This document shows, in pieces, positions 29,162 through 37,762 of a stretch of DNA of 64,000 nucleotides. This DNA comes from an uncultured Clostridia bacterium (GTDB taxonomy: Bacteria; Bacillota; Clostridia; Christensenellales; UBA1242): NCBI GenBank assembly GCA_944359935.1, contig CALVTD010000001.1, forward strand, positions 14,432-78,431. Reading direction: 5' to 3'. Positions within the stretch are counted from its first letter, which is position 1, and each line of letters opens with the position of its first letter. The notes under the pieces were generated by a model. It saw only the letters and a list, made by a program, of their open reading frames with translations, had not been told where the DNA came from and did not search any database. The position numbers were made by a program, and so were the translations under genes.

Positions 29162-29212
29162 ATTGACAGAAAATTTAATGTGAGCATATCATGAAAATGG
29201 AGGTGCTTACAA

Positions 29213-29410
29213 ATGAAAAATTGTTATAGCCCTGGCTGTTATTTTGACATGCCTTGCCATTGCCCTCCATCCTGCCCGCAGCCTTGTTGCAATCCGCCCT
29301 GCCCTCAAAACAACAATATGATGGGCGGCTGCGGATATTTAAACATCGCAATCCCAATTGGATTACTTATTTTTGCGGGAGGATTTTTGCTCGGGCAAAA
29401 ATGCAATTAA
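29213..29410 (+). CDS. Cys/Pro-rich small protein with C-terminal TM helix (65 aa)
   Basis: MKNCYSPGCYFDMPCHCPPSCPQPCCNPPCPQ...IAIPIGLLIFAGGFLLG. It has its own TTGACA -35 box (29163-29168), a GGAGGTG RBS and a terminator. Confidence 0.5.
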   Translation: MKNCYSPGCYFDMPCHCPPSCPQPCCNPPCPQNNNMMGGCGYLNIAIPIGLLIFAGGFLLGQKCN

Positions 29411-29439
29411 AAAATGCTTAATTTTTTAAGCATTTTTTT
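29409..29439. terminator. Bidirectional terminator (Cys-rich gene / pepF)
   Basis: AAAATGCTTA-ATTTTT-TAAGCATTTT hairpin. Confidence 0.65.
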
Positions 29440-31207
29440 ACATTTCTTTTAACAAATCTTCCAAAAACGCAAAAACTTCATCAAAAGTTTGTTGCTTTTC
29501 TAAATCCACGCCCGCATCTTGCAAAAGTTCAACTGGGCCTTTTTTGCAACCACTTTTTAAAAAGTTTAAATATTTTTGCTTTGCCCCCTCTTCACCTTTC
29601 AAAATTCTGCTTACAATGTTGAGCGCACTAATGAGGCCCGTGGCGTATTTGTAAACATAGAATGCGCTGTAAAAATGAGGAATTCGTGCCCATTCAAATT
29701 GGGTTTCTTTTGTAAGCACAACACCTTTTCCAAAGTATAATTTGTTAAGTTCTAAATACTTTTGGCACAACTTATTTTTTGAAAGAGGCTGATTTTGTTC
29801 ATATTGTTCATGCACCCATTGCTCAAATTCAGCAAACATTGTCTGTCTAAAAATTGTGCCTTTCACATCTGTGAAAAGTTCATCAATGATATGGCTTTTT
29901 TGGCTGGCACTATCTTGCTCATTCAAAAGCATAAGCCTCAATAGCATTTCATTCACCGTGCTTGCAACCTCTGCCACAAAAATCACATAGTCGCTCTCTT
30001 CAAAAATGTTGTTTAAGTTTGAATAATATGTGTGCAGCGCGTGACCAAGTTCATGCGCCAAAGTTGTGACTGATTGAAAATCCCCTGTAAAGTTGGTGAG
30101 CACAACAGGATGCGCGCCATATGCCCCCGATGAATATGCCCCGCCTGCCTTGCCATCGTTTGGCATAACATCAATCCATTTTTCTTTCACTGCTTTGTCA
30201 ATCAACGAAACATACTCCTCGCCCAGTGGCGCGACTGCTTTTTTAATAAGTTCAATCGCTTGCTCAAAGGTGTAGGTTTTGTTAACCGCATTTTTTAACG
30301 GCGCAAATTGGTCGTAAATATAAAATTTGTCATAGCCCAAAATCTTTTTCTTTTTTTCAAAATATTTGTAAAGCAATTTAAGGTGTTTATGAACATTTTC
30401 AATCAGCGCATTATACACTTCAATTTTTGCGTCTTCACCAGATATGGCACTGGCAAGCGCGCTGTCATATTTTCTAATTTTTGCAAAGTAGCAGTTGGCT
30501 TTCACCTCGCTGATATAGTTGTTAGAAATAAAATTGATAAACCTGCCGTAAGCGCCATTTTCCTCAGCGAAAGTGTTTTTTCTAAGTTCTCTATCTGGGC
30601 TGTGCATAAATTTGGAATACAATGCTTGGTTATATTTATGACTTCTGCCTTTGCCGTCTTTGACATCATTAAATTTTAAGTCGGCATCGCTGAACGCATC
30701 GTGGTTGCTTGAAAATCCGTCCAAAAAATCACCCATGCCAGAAAGAAGTTTTTCTTCATTTTTTGGAAGAATATGTGGTTTTTCTTTGATAATATCCTTA
30801 AAAAACAGTCTAAAATGTAAAAATTTTGGATTTTTCATTAAAGAATTTAATTTTGCATTAGAAAACTTGCTCACCTCAGGCGTTATAAAAGAAGATGCAA
30901 CGGAAATTTGATTTTCAATTTTTGAAATGTAATTAAGCCTCTCCATCGCCTTGCTGTCTGCCAAATTTTCATCCGCCTTGCGTTTAGCATAACAATAAAG
31001 CAAAATCATCTCTTGCGAATACTCGCTTGAAAGATTGAGCACTTTCAAAAGATTATCTTCATCTGCAAGTTTGCCTTCAAAACTTTTGAAAAGGTTTTCA
31101 TATTGTAAAAGATTTTTCACCCTAATTTTAAAATCTTCGTCATCTTTGGCAAACGCGGTTAAATCCCATTTATATTTTTGTGGCACAGCGCTTCGTTTCA
31201 TTTTCAC
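29438..31207 (-). CDS. pepF: Oligoendopeptidase F (peptidase M3B)
   Basis: TLAHELGHALH zinc motif; 589-aa length typical of PepF. Confidence 0.85.
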   Translation of the reverse strand: MKMKRSAVPQKYKWDLTAFAKDDEDFKIRVKNLLQYENLFKSFEGKLADEDNLLKVLNLSSEYSQEMILLYCYAKRKADENLADSKAMERLNYISKIENQISVASSFITPEVSKFSNAKLNSLMKNPKFLHFRLFFKDIIKEKPHILPKNEEKLLSGMGDFLDGFSSNHDAFSDADLKFNDVKDGKGRSHKYNQALYSKFMHSPDRELRKNTFAEENGAYGRFINFISNNYISEVKANCYFAKIRKYDSALASAISGEDAKIEVYNALIENVHKHLKLLYKYFEKKKKILGYDKFYIYDQFAPLKNAVNKTYTFEQAIELIKKAVAPLGEEYVSLIDKAVKEKWIDVMPNDGKAGGAYSSGAYGAHPVVLTNFTGDFQSVTTLAHELGHALHTYYSNLNNIFEESDYVIFVAEVASTVNEMLLRLMLLNEQDSASQKSHIIDELFTDVKGTIFRQTMFAEFEQWVHEQYEQNQPLSKNKLCQKYLELNKLYFGKGVVLTKETQFEWARIPHFYSAFYVYKYATGLISALNIVSRILKGEEGAKQKYLNFLKSGCKKGPVELLQDAGVDLEKQQTFDEVFAFLEDLLKEM

Positions 31208-31887
31208 CTCACAAAATATTTTGAAATGTTAAATTGGTTCCATGGTCGTTTGCCCTCGTCTGGGCTGGCAATGAAAACCATTTTTTCTTTTGTGGTTGGA
31301 TGAGTAAATTCAAGCCTTCCCGCCCAAAGTGCCAAGTTGCCTTTTGCGGCGTTTTTGTTGTATTTCATGTCACCATAAATTGGATGCCCAATGCTTGCAA
31401 GTTGCACCCGTATTTGATGCGACCTTCCTGTTAAAATTTTCACGCTTAAAAGTGAATATTTTTCATTTGTCTGCAAAGTTGTGTAAACAAGTTCTGCTTT
31501 TTTTGCACCCTCTTCAAGCGGCGGACAAATTTTTACGATGTTGTTTTTTTCGTCTTTTTTAAGATAATGCACAAGGTGCTGAGATTGATATTTTATTTTG
31601 CCCTCAACCACTGCAAAATAAACCTTTTGCATTTGATGAGATTGCAGTTGTTTTGAAAGGCGCTCGGCCGATTTAGAGTTTCTTGCAAAAACCATAAGCC
31701 CACCAGTTGGCCTATCCAACCTGTGCACCAAACCTATAAACGCTTCGCCAGGTTTGTTGTATTTTTGCTTAACATATTCTTTAACCTCGCTAAGCAAATC
31801 TAAGTCGCCCGACTCATCCTTTTGCGATGGTTGGTTTTGAGGCTTAATCACAACGATTATTTGATTGTCTTCATAAACAACTTGCAT
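31204..31887 (-). CDS. RluA-family pseudouridine synthase (no S4 domain)
   Basis: HRLDRPTGGLMVFARN, GRSHQIRVQLA. Start at MQVVYED (AAGGAG RBS). The longer track ORF reads through a GC-rich palindrome. Confidence 0.8.
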   Translation of the reverse strand: MQVVYEDNQIIVVIKPQNQPSQKDESGDLDLLSEVKEYVKQKYNKPGEAFIGLVHRLDRPTGGLMVFARNSKSAERLSKQLQSHQMQKVYFAVVEGKIKYQSQHLVHYLKKDEKNNIVKICPPLEEGAKKAELVYTTLQTNEKYSLLSVKILTGRSHQIRVQLASIGHPIYGDMKYNKNAAKGNLALWAGRLEFTHPTTKEKMVFIASPDEGKRPWNQFNISKYFVR

Positions 31888-31901
31888 ATCAAACTCCTTT
31901 T

Positions 31902-31984
31902 GCGCGCGCGGAGAGGAAATTTTGCTCCGCAAAATTTCGCCGCCTGGCGGCGGGCGCATGCGCATGCATGCACTCTCCGCGCGC
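31902..31984. repeat. GC-rich nested palindromic element (intergenic)
   Basis: 12-bp outer stem GCGCGCGGAGAG (31904-31915) / CTCTCCGCGCGC (31973-31984). Inside are GCGGAG/CTCCGC, CGCCGCC/GGCGGCG and a GCGCATGCGCATGCATGC run. Confidence 0.6.
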
Positions 31985-32838
31985 TACTTCCAAATTTTAA
32001 ATCCGCTGTTGCCGCAAGGCAAAATCAAGCCCTCTTTGGTTGCAAGCCCGATTTCATCTGCCTCAACATTTTCGCTGCCAAAAACTAAACTTAATATGTT
32101 TGCAATCACTCCCGCTTGCAGCCCTGTAGTGTAAGAATTTATCAACACAAAAAGAGGCTGCGGCGAAAGCACCTGCGCGCAAAGTTTAACAAACTCAAAC
32201 AAATTTTCTTCAATCTTCCACATCTCGCCGCTTGGCCCTCTGCCATAACTTGGAGGGTCCATGATGATGGCATCATAACTATTTCCGCGCCTTATTTCGC
32301 GCTCAATAAATTTTTTGCAATCATCCACAATAAAGCGGATGTTGGAAATGTTGTTAAGTGCGGCGTTTTGCTTAGCCCGCTCAACCATGCCTTTGCTGGC
32401 ATCCACATGCGTAACTTCCGCCCCTGCCTCACTGCACGCAACAGAGGCGCAACCAGTATAGGCAAAAAGGTTAAGCACCTTGATTTTTCTGCCAGTGCCT
32501 TGAATGAGTTGCTGCATTCTCTGCCAGTTTACTGCCTGTTCTGGAAAGATGCCTGTATGCTTAAAGCCCATTGGTTTTACAATAAATTTAAGATTGTTCC
32601 AAGTGCAGGTCCACTGCTCAGGCATTTTTTTAATTTCCCGCCAATGTCCACCGCCAGAGGACGAGCGCTCATAAACCGCGGTAATCTGCTTTTCAAAAGG
32701 CTTAACTCGGTTTTCAAAATCTCCCCAAATCACCTGAGGGTCAGGCCTGAGCAAAACTTGGCCATTCCAGTTTTCAACCTTTTTGCCATCCCCGGTTGCA
32801 AGCACTTCAAAATCTTTCCACCCGTTTGCAATTTTCAT
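31984..32838 (-). CDS. Class I SAM-dependent (RNA) methyltransferase, RlmI/PF10672-like catalytic domain
   Basis: LNLFAYTGCASVA...VTHVDAS...IIMDPPSYG motifs; start at MKIANGW (AAGGAG RBS). Confidence 0.65.
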   Translation of the reverse strand: MKIANGWKDFEVLATGDGKKVENWNGQVLLRPDPQVIWGDFENRVKPFEKQITAVYERSSSGGGHWREIKKMPEQWTCTWNNLKFIVKPMGFKHTGIFPEQAVNWQRMQQLIQGTGRKIKVLNLFAYTGCASVACSEAGAEVTHVDASKGMVERAKQNAALNNISNIRFIVDDCKKFIEREIRRGNSYDAIIMDPPSYGRGPSGEMWKIEENLFEFVKLCAQVLSPQPLFVLINSYTTGLQAGVIANILSLVFGSENVEADEIGLATKEGLILPCGNSGFKIWK

Positions 32839-32847
32839 GTGCACTCC

Positions 32848-35800
32848 TTAAATTTTCTTTATAGCAAAGTTGAGGTTTGCAGCATTAAATTTAAATGTGC
32901 CCTCACCAAAATTAAGTTCATCACAAAGCGTGCCAGATTTGATAAGGCCAGAATGCTTTTTCATAACTTTTTTAACATCTTCATCGCCGTTGATAGAAAT
33001 CACAATGTGGTCGGTAACTTCAAGCCCAATGTCCTTTCTCGTCTGCTGAACCTGTGAGATAAAATCTCTAACAAGGCCCTTTTCTTTAAGTTCTTCGGTT
33101 AAAGCAACGTCCAAAACCACGGTTACATCGCCATTGCTTTCGCTTACAAACCCCTCTTTATTTTTAACTGAAATAAGCACATCGTCCATGGTTAAAATCA
33201 TGTCGTCAATGTAGAGGTTTTCGCCCTTTCTAAGCAAAGCGACATCGGCATTGGCATCACATGAAGCAAAATATTGCCTGATTTCATTCAATCTTTTGCC
33301 GTATTTAGGCCCAAGAGTTTTAAGTTGTGGTTTAAGTTCAAAATTCACATAGGTGTTTGCGTCATGGCTGAAAGCGATATCCTCAACATTGAGTTCATCT
33401 TTAATCAAATTTTGAAGTTCTTTATCAAGATTGATTTTCTCGGCCGTGCAAACGATGACCTTGGCAAGTGGCTGACGGTTTTTAATCAGGCTTGCGGCTC
33501 TGCAAGCCCTGCCCAAAATAACAATATCCAAAACTTTTTCCATGCCACGATTGAGTTTTTTGTCAATCAGCGCGTCATCTTTTTGAGGATACTGACAGAA
33601 ATGCACACTTTCAGGCGCATTTTTATCCACACTTCTCACCAAGTTTTGATAGATGCTTTCAGCAATAAATGGAACAAATGGCGCAATCAGTTTGCAAAGC
33701 GATGACAGCACTTCATACAAAGTTTTAAATGCAGCATTTTTGTCATCAGCCATGCCGTTCTGCCAAAATCTTTCACGGCTGCGCCTGATATACCAGTTGG
33801 AAAGTTCATCCACAAAATTGGTTATTGCGCGAGTTGCAGACTGCAATTCATATTTTTCAAGTTTTTCATTAACCTCTTCAACCAGAGCGTTATATTTTGA
33901 AAGCAACCACCTATCCAGCAAACTAAGTTTGCAGTCAGCAAGGCTGATTTTGGTTGGGTCAAAATTGTCGATATCTGCATAGAGCACATAAAAAGCATAC
34001 ACGTTCCAAAGCGTGCCCATAAACTTGCGTTGAAGTTCAATCAAGTTGTCTTCATTGAATGAAAGCCCTTGCCCAGGCGAGCAGGAATAGAAGAAATACC
34101 ATCTCAGCCCGTCTGCTCCCTCTTTATCCAAAATCGACCATGGGTCAATGCCATTGCCGAGGTGTTTAGACATTTTAACACCAAACCTATCATTCACAAG
34201 CCCAATCGCCTCACAAGTTTTGTATGGGCTTTTGCCAAACACTGCACTGTTTACAGCCTGCAAAGTGTAAAACCACCCTCTGGTTTGGTCGATGCCCTCA
34301 GCAATAAAATCTGCTGGGAAGGTTTTTTCAAACATCTCTTTATTTTCAAATGGATAGTGATATTGTGCAAATGGCATAGAGCCAGAATCAAACCAGCAGT
34401 CCATAACCTCTGGCGTTCTAGTCATGGTTTTGCCACACTGTGGGCATGGGAAAGTGATTTTATCAAGCGTTGGTTTATGAAGGTCAAGTTCGCCTTTCAC
34501 GCCCGAAAGTTTTCTTAATTCTTCCACACTTCCAATCACATGTTTGTGGCCGTTTTCACAAGTCCAGAAAGGCAGCGGAGTGCCCCAATATCTTGTTCTA
34601 GAAATGCCCCAGTCGATGTTGTTTTCAAGGAAATTGCCCATTCTGCCCTGTTTGATTGTCTCTGGCAGCCAGTTTACTGAATTGTTGTTTTTAACAAGCA
34701 AATCCTTGATTGCGGTGGTTTTAACAAACCATGCATTTTTTGCGTAATACAAAAGCGGAGTGCCGCATCTCCAACAATGTGGATAAGCGTGCTCAATCAA
34801 CTTAACCTTAAACAGTTTGCCTTCGCTTTTTAACTTGTCGATGATTGGTTTATCTGCCTCTTTAACAAACATGCCGGCAAAATCGGTTTCTTTGCTCATC
34901 TTGCCCTCTTCATCAACAAGTTGAACAAAGTCGATGTTATATTTTTTGCCCACTTGATAATCCTCTTCACCAAACGCAGGCGCAATATGAACTATGCCCG
35001 TGCCGTCCTCGGTGGTAACATAGTCGTCAACGGTAACGAAATAGGCGTTTTTAACCTGTTTTTCAACATAGTTAAACAGCGGAACATATTTGTGCCCCTC
35101 AAATTCTTTTCCCTTTTTCTCATACACAATCTTGTAAGTGCCATCCTCGAAGAGAGTTGGAATAAGGCTTTTAAGCATGATAAAGTTTTCGCCGTCCACG
35201 CTTATCTTCGCATAAACCTCATTTGGGTTCATACACAAAGCCACATTGGATGGAAGCGTCCAAGGCGTGGTTGTCCAAACAAGAAAATAGGTGTTATCTT
35301 CCTCTTTGCTTTTAATTTTAACAAAGATGGAGTTTTCTTTTAAAATTTTGTAGTTGTCGCCGTTTTCAACCTCCATTTTGGAAAGGCTGGTGCCGCAGCG
35401 TGGGCAGAAAGGCACAATTTTATGCCCAAGGTAGATTAAGCCCTTTTTATCCATCTCTTTAAGCGCCCAAAAAACTGATTCGATATAGTTGTTGTCATAG
35501 GTGATGTATGGATGCGACATGTCAATCCAATACCCAAGCCTGTCGGTGATTTTTTCCCAAAGGCCTTTATATTTCCAAACCGACTGTTTGCAAAGTTCAA
35601 TAAACTTTTCAACGCCAAACTTTTCAATATCCTGTTTGCCGTTTAAGCCCAGCGATTTTTCAACCTCAACCTCAACAGGCAGCCCGTGAGTATCCCACCC
35701 CGCTTTTCTTGGCACAAAAAAGCCTTTCATGCTTTTAAAGCGTGGAAAAACATCCTTAATTGCTCTTGTAAGCGGATGCCCCATGTGTGGCATGCCGTTT

Positions 35801-35952
35801 GCAGTTGGTGGGCCCTCATAGAAAGAGTAAACCTTGCCCGAATTTTCATTTAGGTGCAAGCCCTTTTCAATAATGCCGTTCTTTTTCCAAAACTCCAAAA
35901 TTTCGGTTTCGTTTTTGACAAAATCAAGTTTTGTGTCAACTTTTTTATACAT
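32848..35952 (-). CDS. ileS: Isoleucyl-tRNA synthetase, type 2
   Basis: PPTANGMPHMGH (HIGH region), KMSKHLGN (KMSKS), ~1030 aa with C-terminal extension; GGAGGAG RBS before MYKKVD. Confidence 0.95.
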   Translation of the reverse strand: MYKKVDTKLDFVKNETEILEFWKKNGIIEKGLHLNENSGKVYSFYEGPPTANGMPHMGHPLTRAIKDVFPRFKSMKGFFVPRKAGWDTHGLPVEVEVEKSLGLNGKQDIEKFGVEKFIELCKQSVWKYKGLWEKITDRLGYWIDMSHPYITYDNNYIESVFWALKEMDKKGLIYLGHKIVPFCPRCGTSLSKMEVENGDNYKILKENSIFVKIKSKEEDNTYFLVWTTTPWTLPSNVALCMNPNEVYAKISVDGENFIMLKSLIPTLFEDGTYKIVYEKKGKEFEGHKYVPLFNYVEKQVKNAYFVTVDDYVTTEDGTGIVHIAPAFGEEDYQVGKKYNIDFVQLVDEEGKMSKETDFAGMFVKEADKPIIDKLKSEGKLFKVKLIEHAYPHCWRCGTPLLYYAKNAWFVKTTAIKDLLVKNNNSVNWLPETIKQGRMGNFLENNIDWGISRTRYWGTPLPFWTCENGHKHVIGSVEELRKLSGVKGELDLHKPTLDKITFPCPQCGKTMTRTPEVMDCWFDSGSMPFAQYHYPFENKEMFEKTFPADFIAEGIDQTRGWFYTLQAVNSAVFGKSPYKTCEAIGLVNDRFGVKMSKHLGNGIDPWSILDKEGADGLRWYFFYSCSPGQGLSFNEDNLIELQRKFMGTLWNVYAFYVLYADIDNFDPTKISLADCKLSLLDRWLLSKYNALVEEVNEKLEKYELQSATRAITNFVDELSNWYIRRSRERFWQNGMADDKNAAFKTLYEVLSSLCKLIAPFVPFIAESIYQNLVRSVDKNAPESVHFCQYPQKDDALIDKKLNRGMEKVLDIVILGRACRAASLIKNRQPLAKVIVCTAEKINLDKELQNLIKDELNVEDIAFSHDANTYVNFELKPQLKTLGPKYGKRLNEIRQYFASCDANADVALLRKGENLYIDDMILTMDDVLISVKNKEGFVSESNGDVTVVLDVALTEELKEKGLVRDFISQVQQTRKDIGLEVTDHIVISINGDEDVKKVMKKHSGLIKSGTLCDELNFGEGTFKFNAANLNFAIKKI

Positions 35953-35995
35953 TTTCTCCTCCAAATGTTAATTTTTTGGCGAAACAGAGATTTTT

Positions 35996-36235
35996 TAACA
36001 AAAAACCTCGGCACTTGCAAGACCCCGCCGAGGTTCAACCACTTGTAAATGCCTGTATGCCATCACATACTCCTTCTATAACGGGAAGTCCCGGCAAAAC
36101 TTACTAAATTTCAGTCCGCAACTCCAAAAGTGATAATTCGCTTGCCCTTTTATTGCCTCGCACCATCCGGCAACTCTCTGGAAAAGTGTGCTAGTGAATG
36201 TTGTCTTTTATCATCGTTTTTATATAACCAAGTTT
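35996..36235 (-). promoter_or_regulatory. T-box riboswitch leader (Ile specifier) with terminator, upstream of ileS
   Basis: Minus strand: AGAGAG...GGTGCGAG stem-I elements, GAATTATCAC with an ATC codon, T-box-like AAGTGGTTGAACCTCGG. Terminator CCTCGGC...GCCGAGG plus T-run (36001-36033). A TTGACA-17-TAAACT promoter lies at 36236-36264. Confidence 0.72.
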
Positions 36236-36264
36236 AGTTTATCATTATGTTTAAATTTTGTCAA

Positions 36265-36984
36265 CTAAAAGTTATCCAAAACTTTGTTCATTTCAATGGC
36301 GTCCGCGCCCGTTACGATGCCAAGCGGCAATTCGTTTGGCTCGCCATTTTTTGTAAGCAAAATTGCAAGAAGTTTTGGGTTTGTGTGAAATTTGTTCAGC
36401 GCATCTTCAATCGTAAGGTCAACTTTGCAAACTTCATAGTAATTTGAGTCTTTAATTTTGGTTAACATATCTTCAATCTGTGCGTTTTCTAAAAAGGTTT
36501 TTGCCTTGCCGCCAGAAAGCAGAAAAAGACCAAAAGAATTTAAAATTTTTTGACCATTTGCAATGCCGATAAGTTGCTTGTTTTTATAGACAGGAATATT
36601 TGAATAATTTGAAGAAGCAATAAGTTTAATCACCTCTTCCATTGATGCATGCGCTTCGGTTGAAAGCACATCCCTGCGGCAAATGTCAATTGCCTTTGGA
36701 GGTGTGTTGATAAGCCTTTCAATTTTTTCAATGTGCTCCACCACCTGCTCGTGTGGCTCAGCGATTATATATGATTTGTTGCCTTGATGCACAATGGCAT
36801 TTCTAAGCCTGCCATAATCAATAAGGTCATCCTCATATTTTCTTACAACATAGTTTAAACTAACGCATCTTCTAATAAGGTCGGAAAAGCCCATGCTTCT
36901 GTTAAGCCCATATCTTGCGCGCAAGGAATAGTCAATATTGTTGAATGCATCTAAAAATCTTTCTGCTTTTGTTTTTTCAGCCAT
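36265..36984 (-). CDS. Fusion protein: N-terminal HEPN-like domain (RX4H) plus C-terminal CBS-domain pair
   Basis: GRLRNAIVHQ (R-x4-H) at the end of a ~95-aa helical domain. This is followed by CBS-like segments (VLSTEAHASMEEVIKLIASSNYSNIPVY..LIGIANG; EVCKVDLTIEDALNKF...LLTKNGE..PLGIVTGADA). Confidence 0.55.
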   Translation of the reverse strand: MAEKTKAERFLDAFNNIDYSLRARYGLNRSMGFSDLIRRCVSLNYVVRKYEDDLIDYGRLRNAIVHQGNKSYIIAEPHEQVVEHIEKIERLINTPPKAIDICRRDVLSTEAHASMEEVIKLIASSNYSNIPVYKNKQLIGIANGQKILNSFGLFLLSGGKAKTFLENAQIEDMLTKIKDSNYYEVCKVDLTIEDALNKFHTNPKLLAILLTKNGEPNELPLGIVTGADAIEMNKVLDNF

Positions 36985-37051
36985 CACTTTCTCCTAGATT
37001 AAATTTAGTTATATTATAAAGCAAAATATAAAAAATAAAAAATGATTTTCC

Positions 37052-37080
37052 TTGATTTTTTCAACCTTTTAGTTTATAAT
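37052..37080 (+). promoter_or_regulatory. Promoter of SRP RNA
   Basis: TTGATT (37052-37057), 17 nt, TATAAT (37075-37080), about 7 nt before the RNA 5-prime end. Confidence 0.55.
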
Positions 37081-37087
37081 AATTGAA

Positions 37088-37354
37088 CCGGGCTAGATGG
37101 GGAGTTAGCGGTGCCCTGTAACCTGCAACCCGCTATAGCAGGATTGAACGCTTGCCTCGGCAATGCTAGGTCAAAAATGTGCAGGCTTATTTTGGCGATG
37201 AAATCAAGGTCTTATGCAACGGTTGCTCCTGAACCATGTCAGGCCCTGACGGGAGCATCATTAAGGGAATACAACTGTGTGCCATAAGGAAGCTTTGGTG
37301 GAGCGAAAATAGTTTGAGGCAGTTGGTTTAGCATTGACAAAGCATTCGCCCGGT
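37088..37354 (+). ncRNA. ffs: Signal recognition particle RNA, long Bacillus-type (scRNA, with Alu domain)
   Basis: GGGGAGTTAGCGGTGCCCTGTAACCTGCAACCCGCTATAGCAGG and TGAACCATGTCAGGCCCTGACGGGAGCATCATTAAG closely match the B. subtilis scRNA as remembered. 5-prime CCGGGC pairs with 3-prime GCCCGG. Confidence 0.9.
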
Positions 37355-37360
37355 CGTGAA

Positions 37361-37390
37361 AAAAGCAAGTTAAAGGCTTGCTTTTTTGTT
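37361..37390 (+). terminator. Terminator of SRP RNA
   Basis: AGCAAG-TTAAAGG-CTTGCT hairpin plus T-run. Confidence 0.65.
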
Positions 37391-37399
37391 TTTATCACA

Positions 37400-37490
37400 C
37401 GGTCAAGAAGCCATGCCCTTTTGGGCATGTTTTTTATTTGCTGAGCAAATAAAAAGGCAAGACTTTTTTAAGTCTTGCGCTTCTTGACCG
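37400..37490. repeat. 91-bp element: 11-bp terminal inverted repeat enclosing three hairpins
   Basis: CGGTCAAGAAG (37400-37410) / CTTCTTGACCG (37480-37490). The inner hairpins are CATGCCC/GGGCATG, ATTTGC/GCAAAT and GCAAGACTT/AAGTCTTGC. Confidence 0.55.
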
Positions 37491-37501
37491 GAGAGTTTTA
37501 T

Positions 37502-37672
37502 TTAAGCCTTTTTTTGTGCTTTTTTAACTTTATTTGTGGCTTTTTCGACTTCTTTCATAACTGCCTTTTCACTTTTATCAACCATTTGTTTGGCAGAGGT
37601 TGAATATTTATATAAAAGTGCGCCAGTTACAAGCCCCATGCTAAAACCCAAAAGCATCATAACATCTTTCAT
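37502..37672 (-). CDS. Small membrane-anchored Lys-rich protein (56 aa, YtxH-like pattern)
   Basis: Below the ORF-track cut-off. Hand translation gives MKDVMMLLGFSMGLVTGALLYKYSTSAKQMVDKSEKAVMKEVEKATNKVKKAQKKA, with a strong AAGGAGGGAG RBS. Confidence 0.45.
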   Translation of the reverse strand: MKDVMMLLGFSMGLVTGALLYKYSTSAKQMVDKSEKAVMKEVEKATNKVKKAQKKA

Positions 37673-37762
37673 ATCTCCCTCCTTGCAATATAGTGTGCGA
37701 AGAGAGCGAAAAAATATACTTTTGCAAATAAACTTGAAAATTAACTATAAAAAAGGGGATTG

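Noticed and set aside
31888-31965. N-terminal extension of the rluA-family ORF (MRMRPPPGGEILRSKISSPRAQKEFD).
   Set aside because: The extension is the translated GC-rich palindrome. A proper AAGGAG RBS precedes the internal MQVVYED start.
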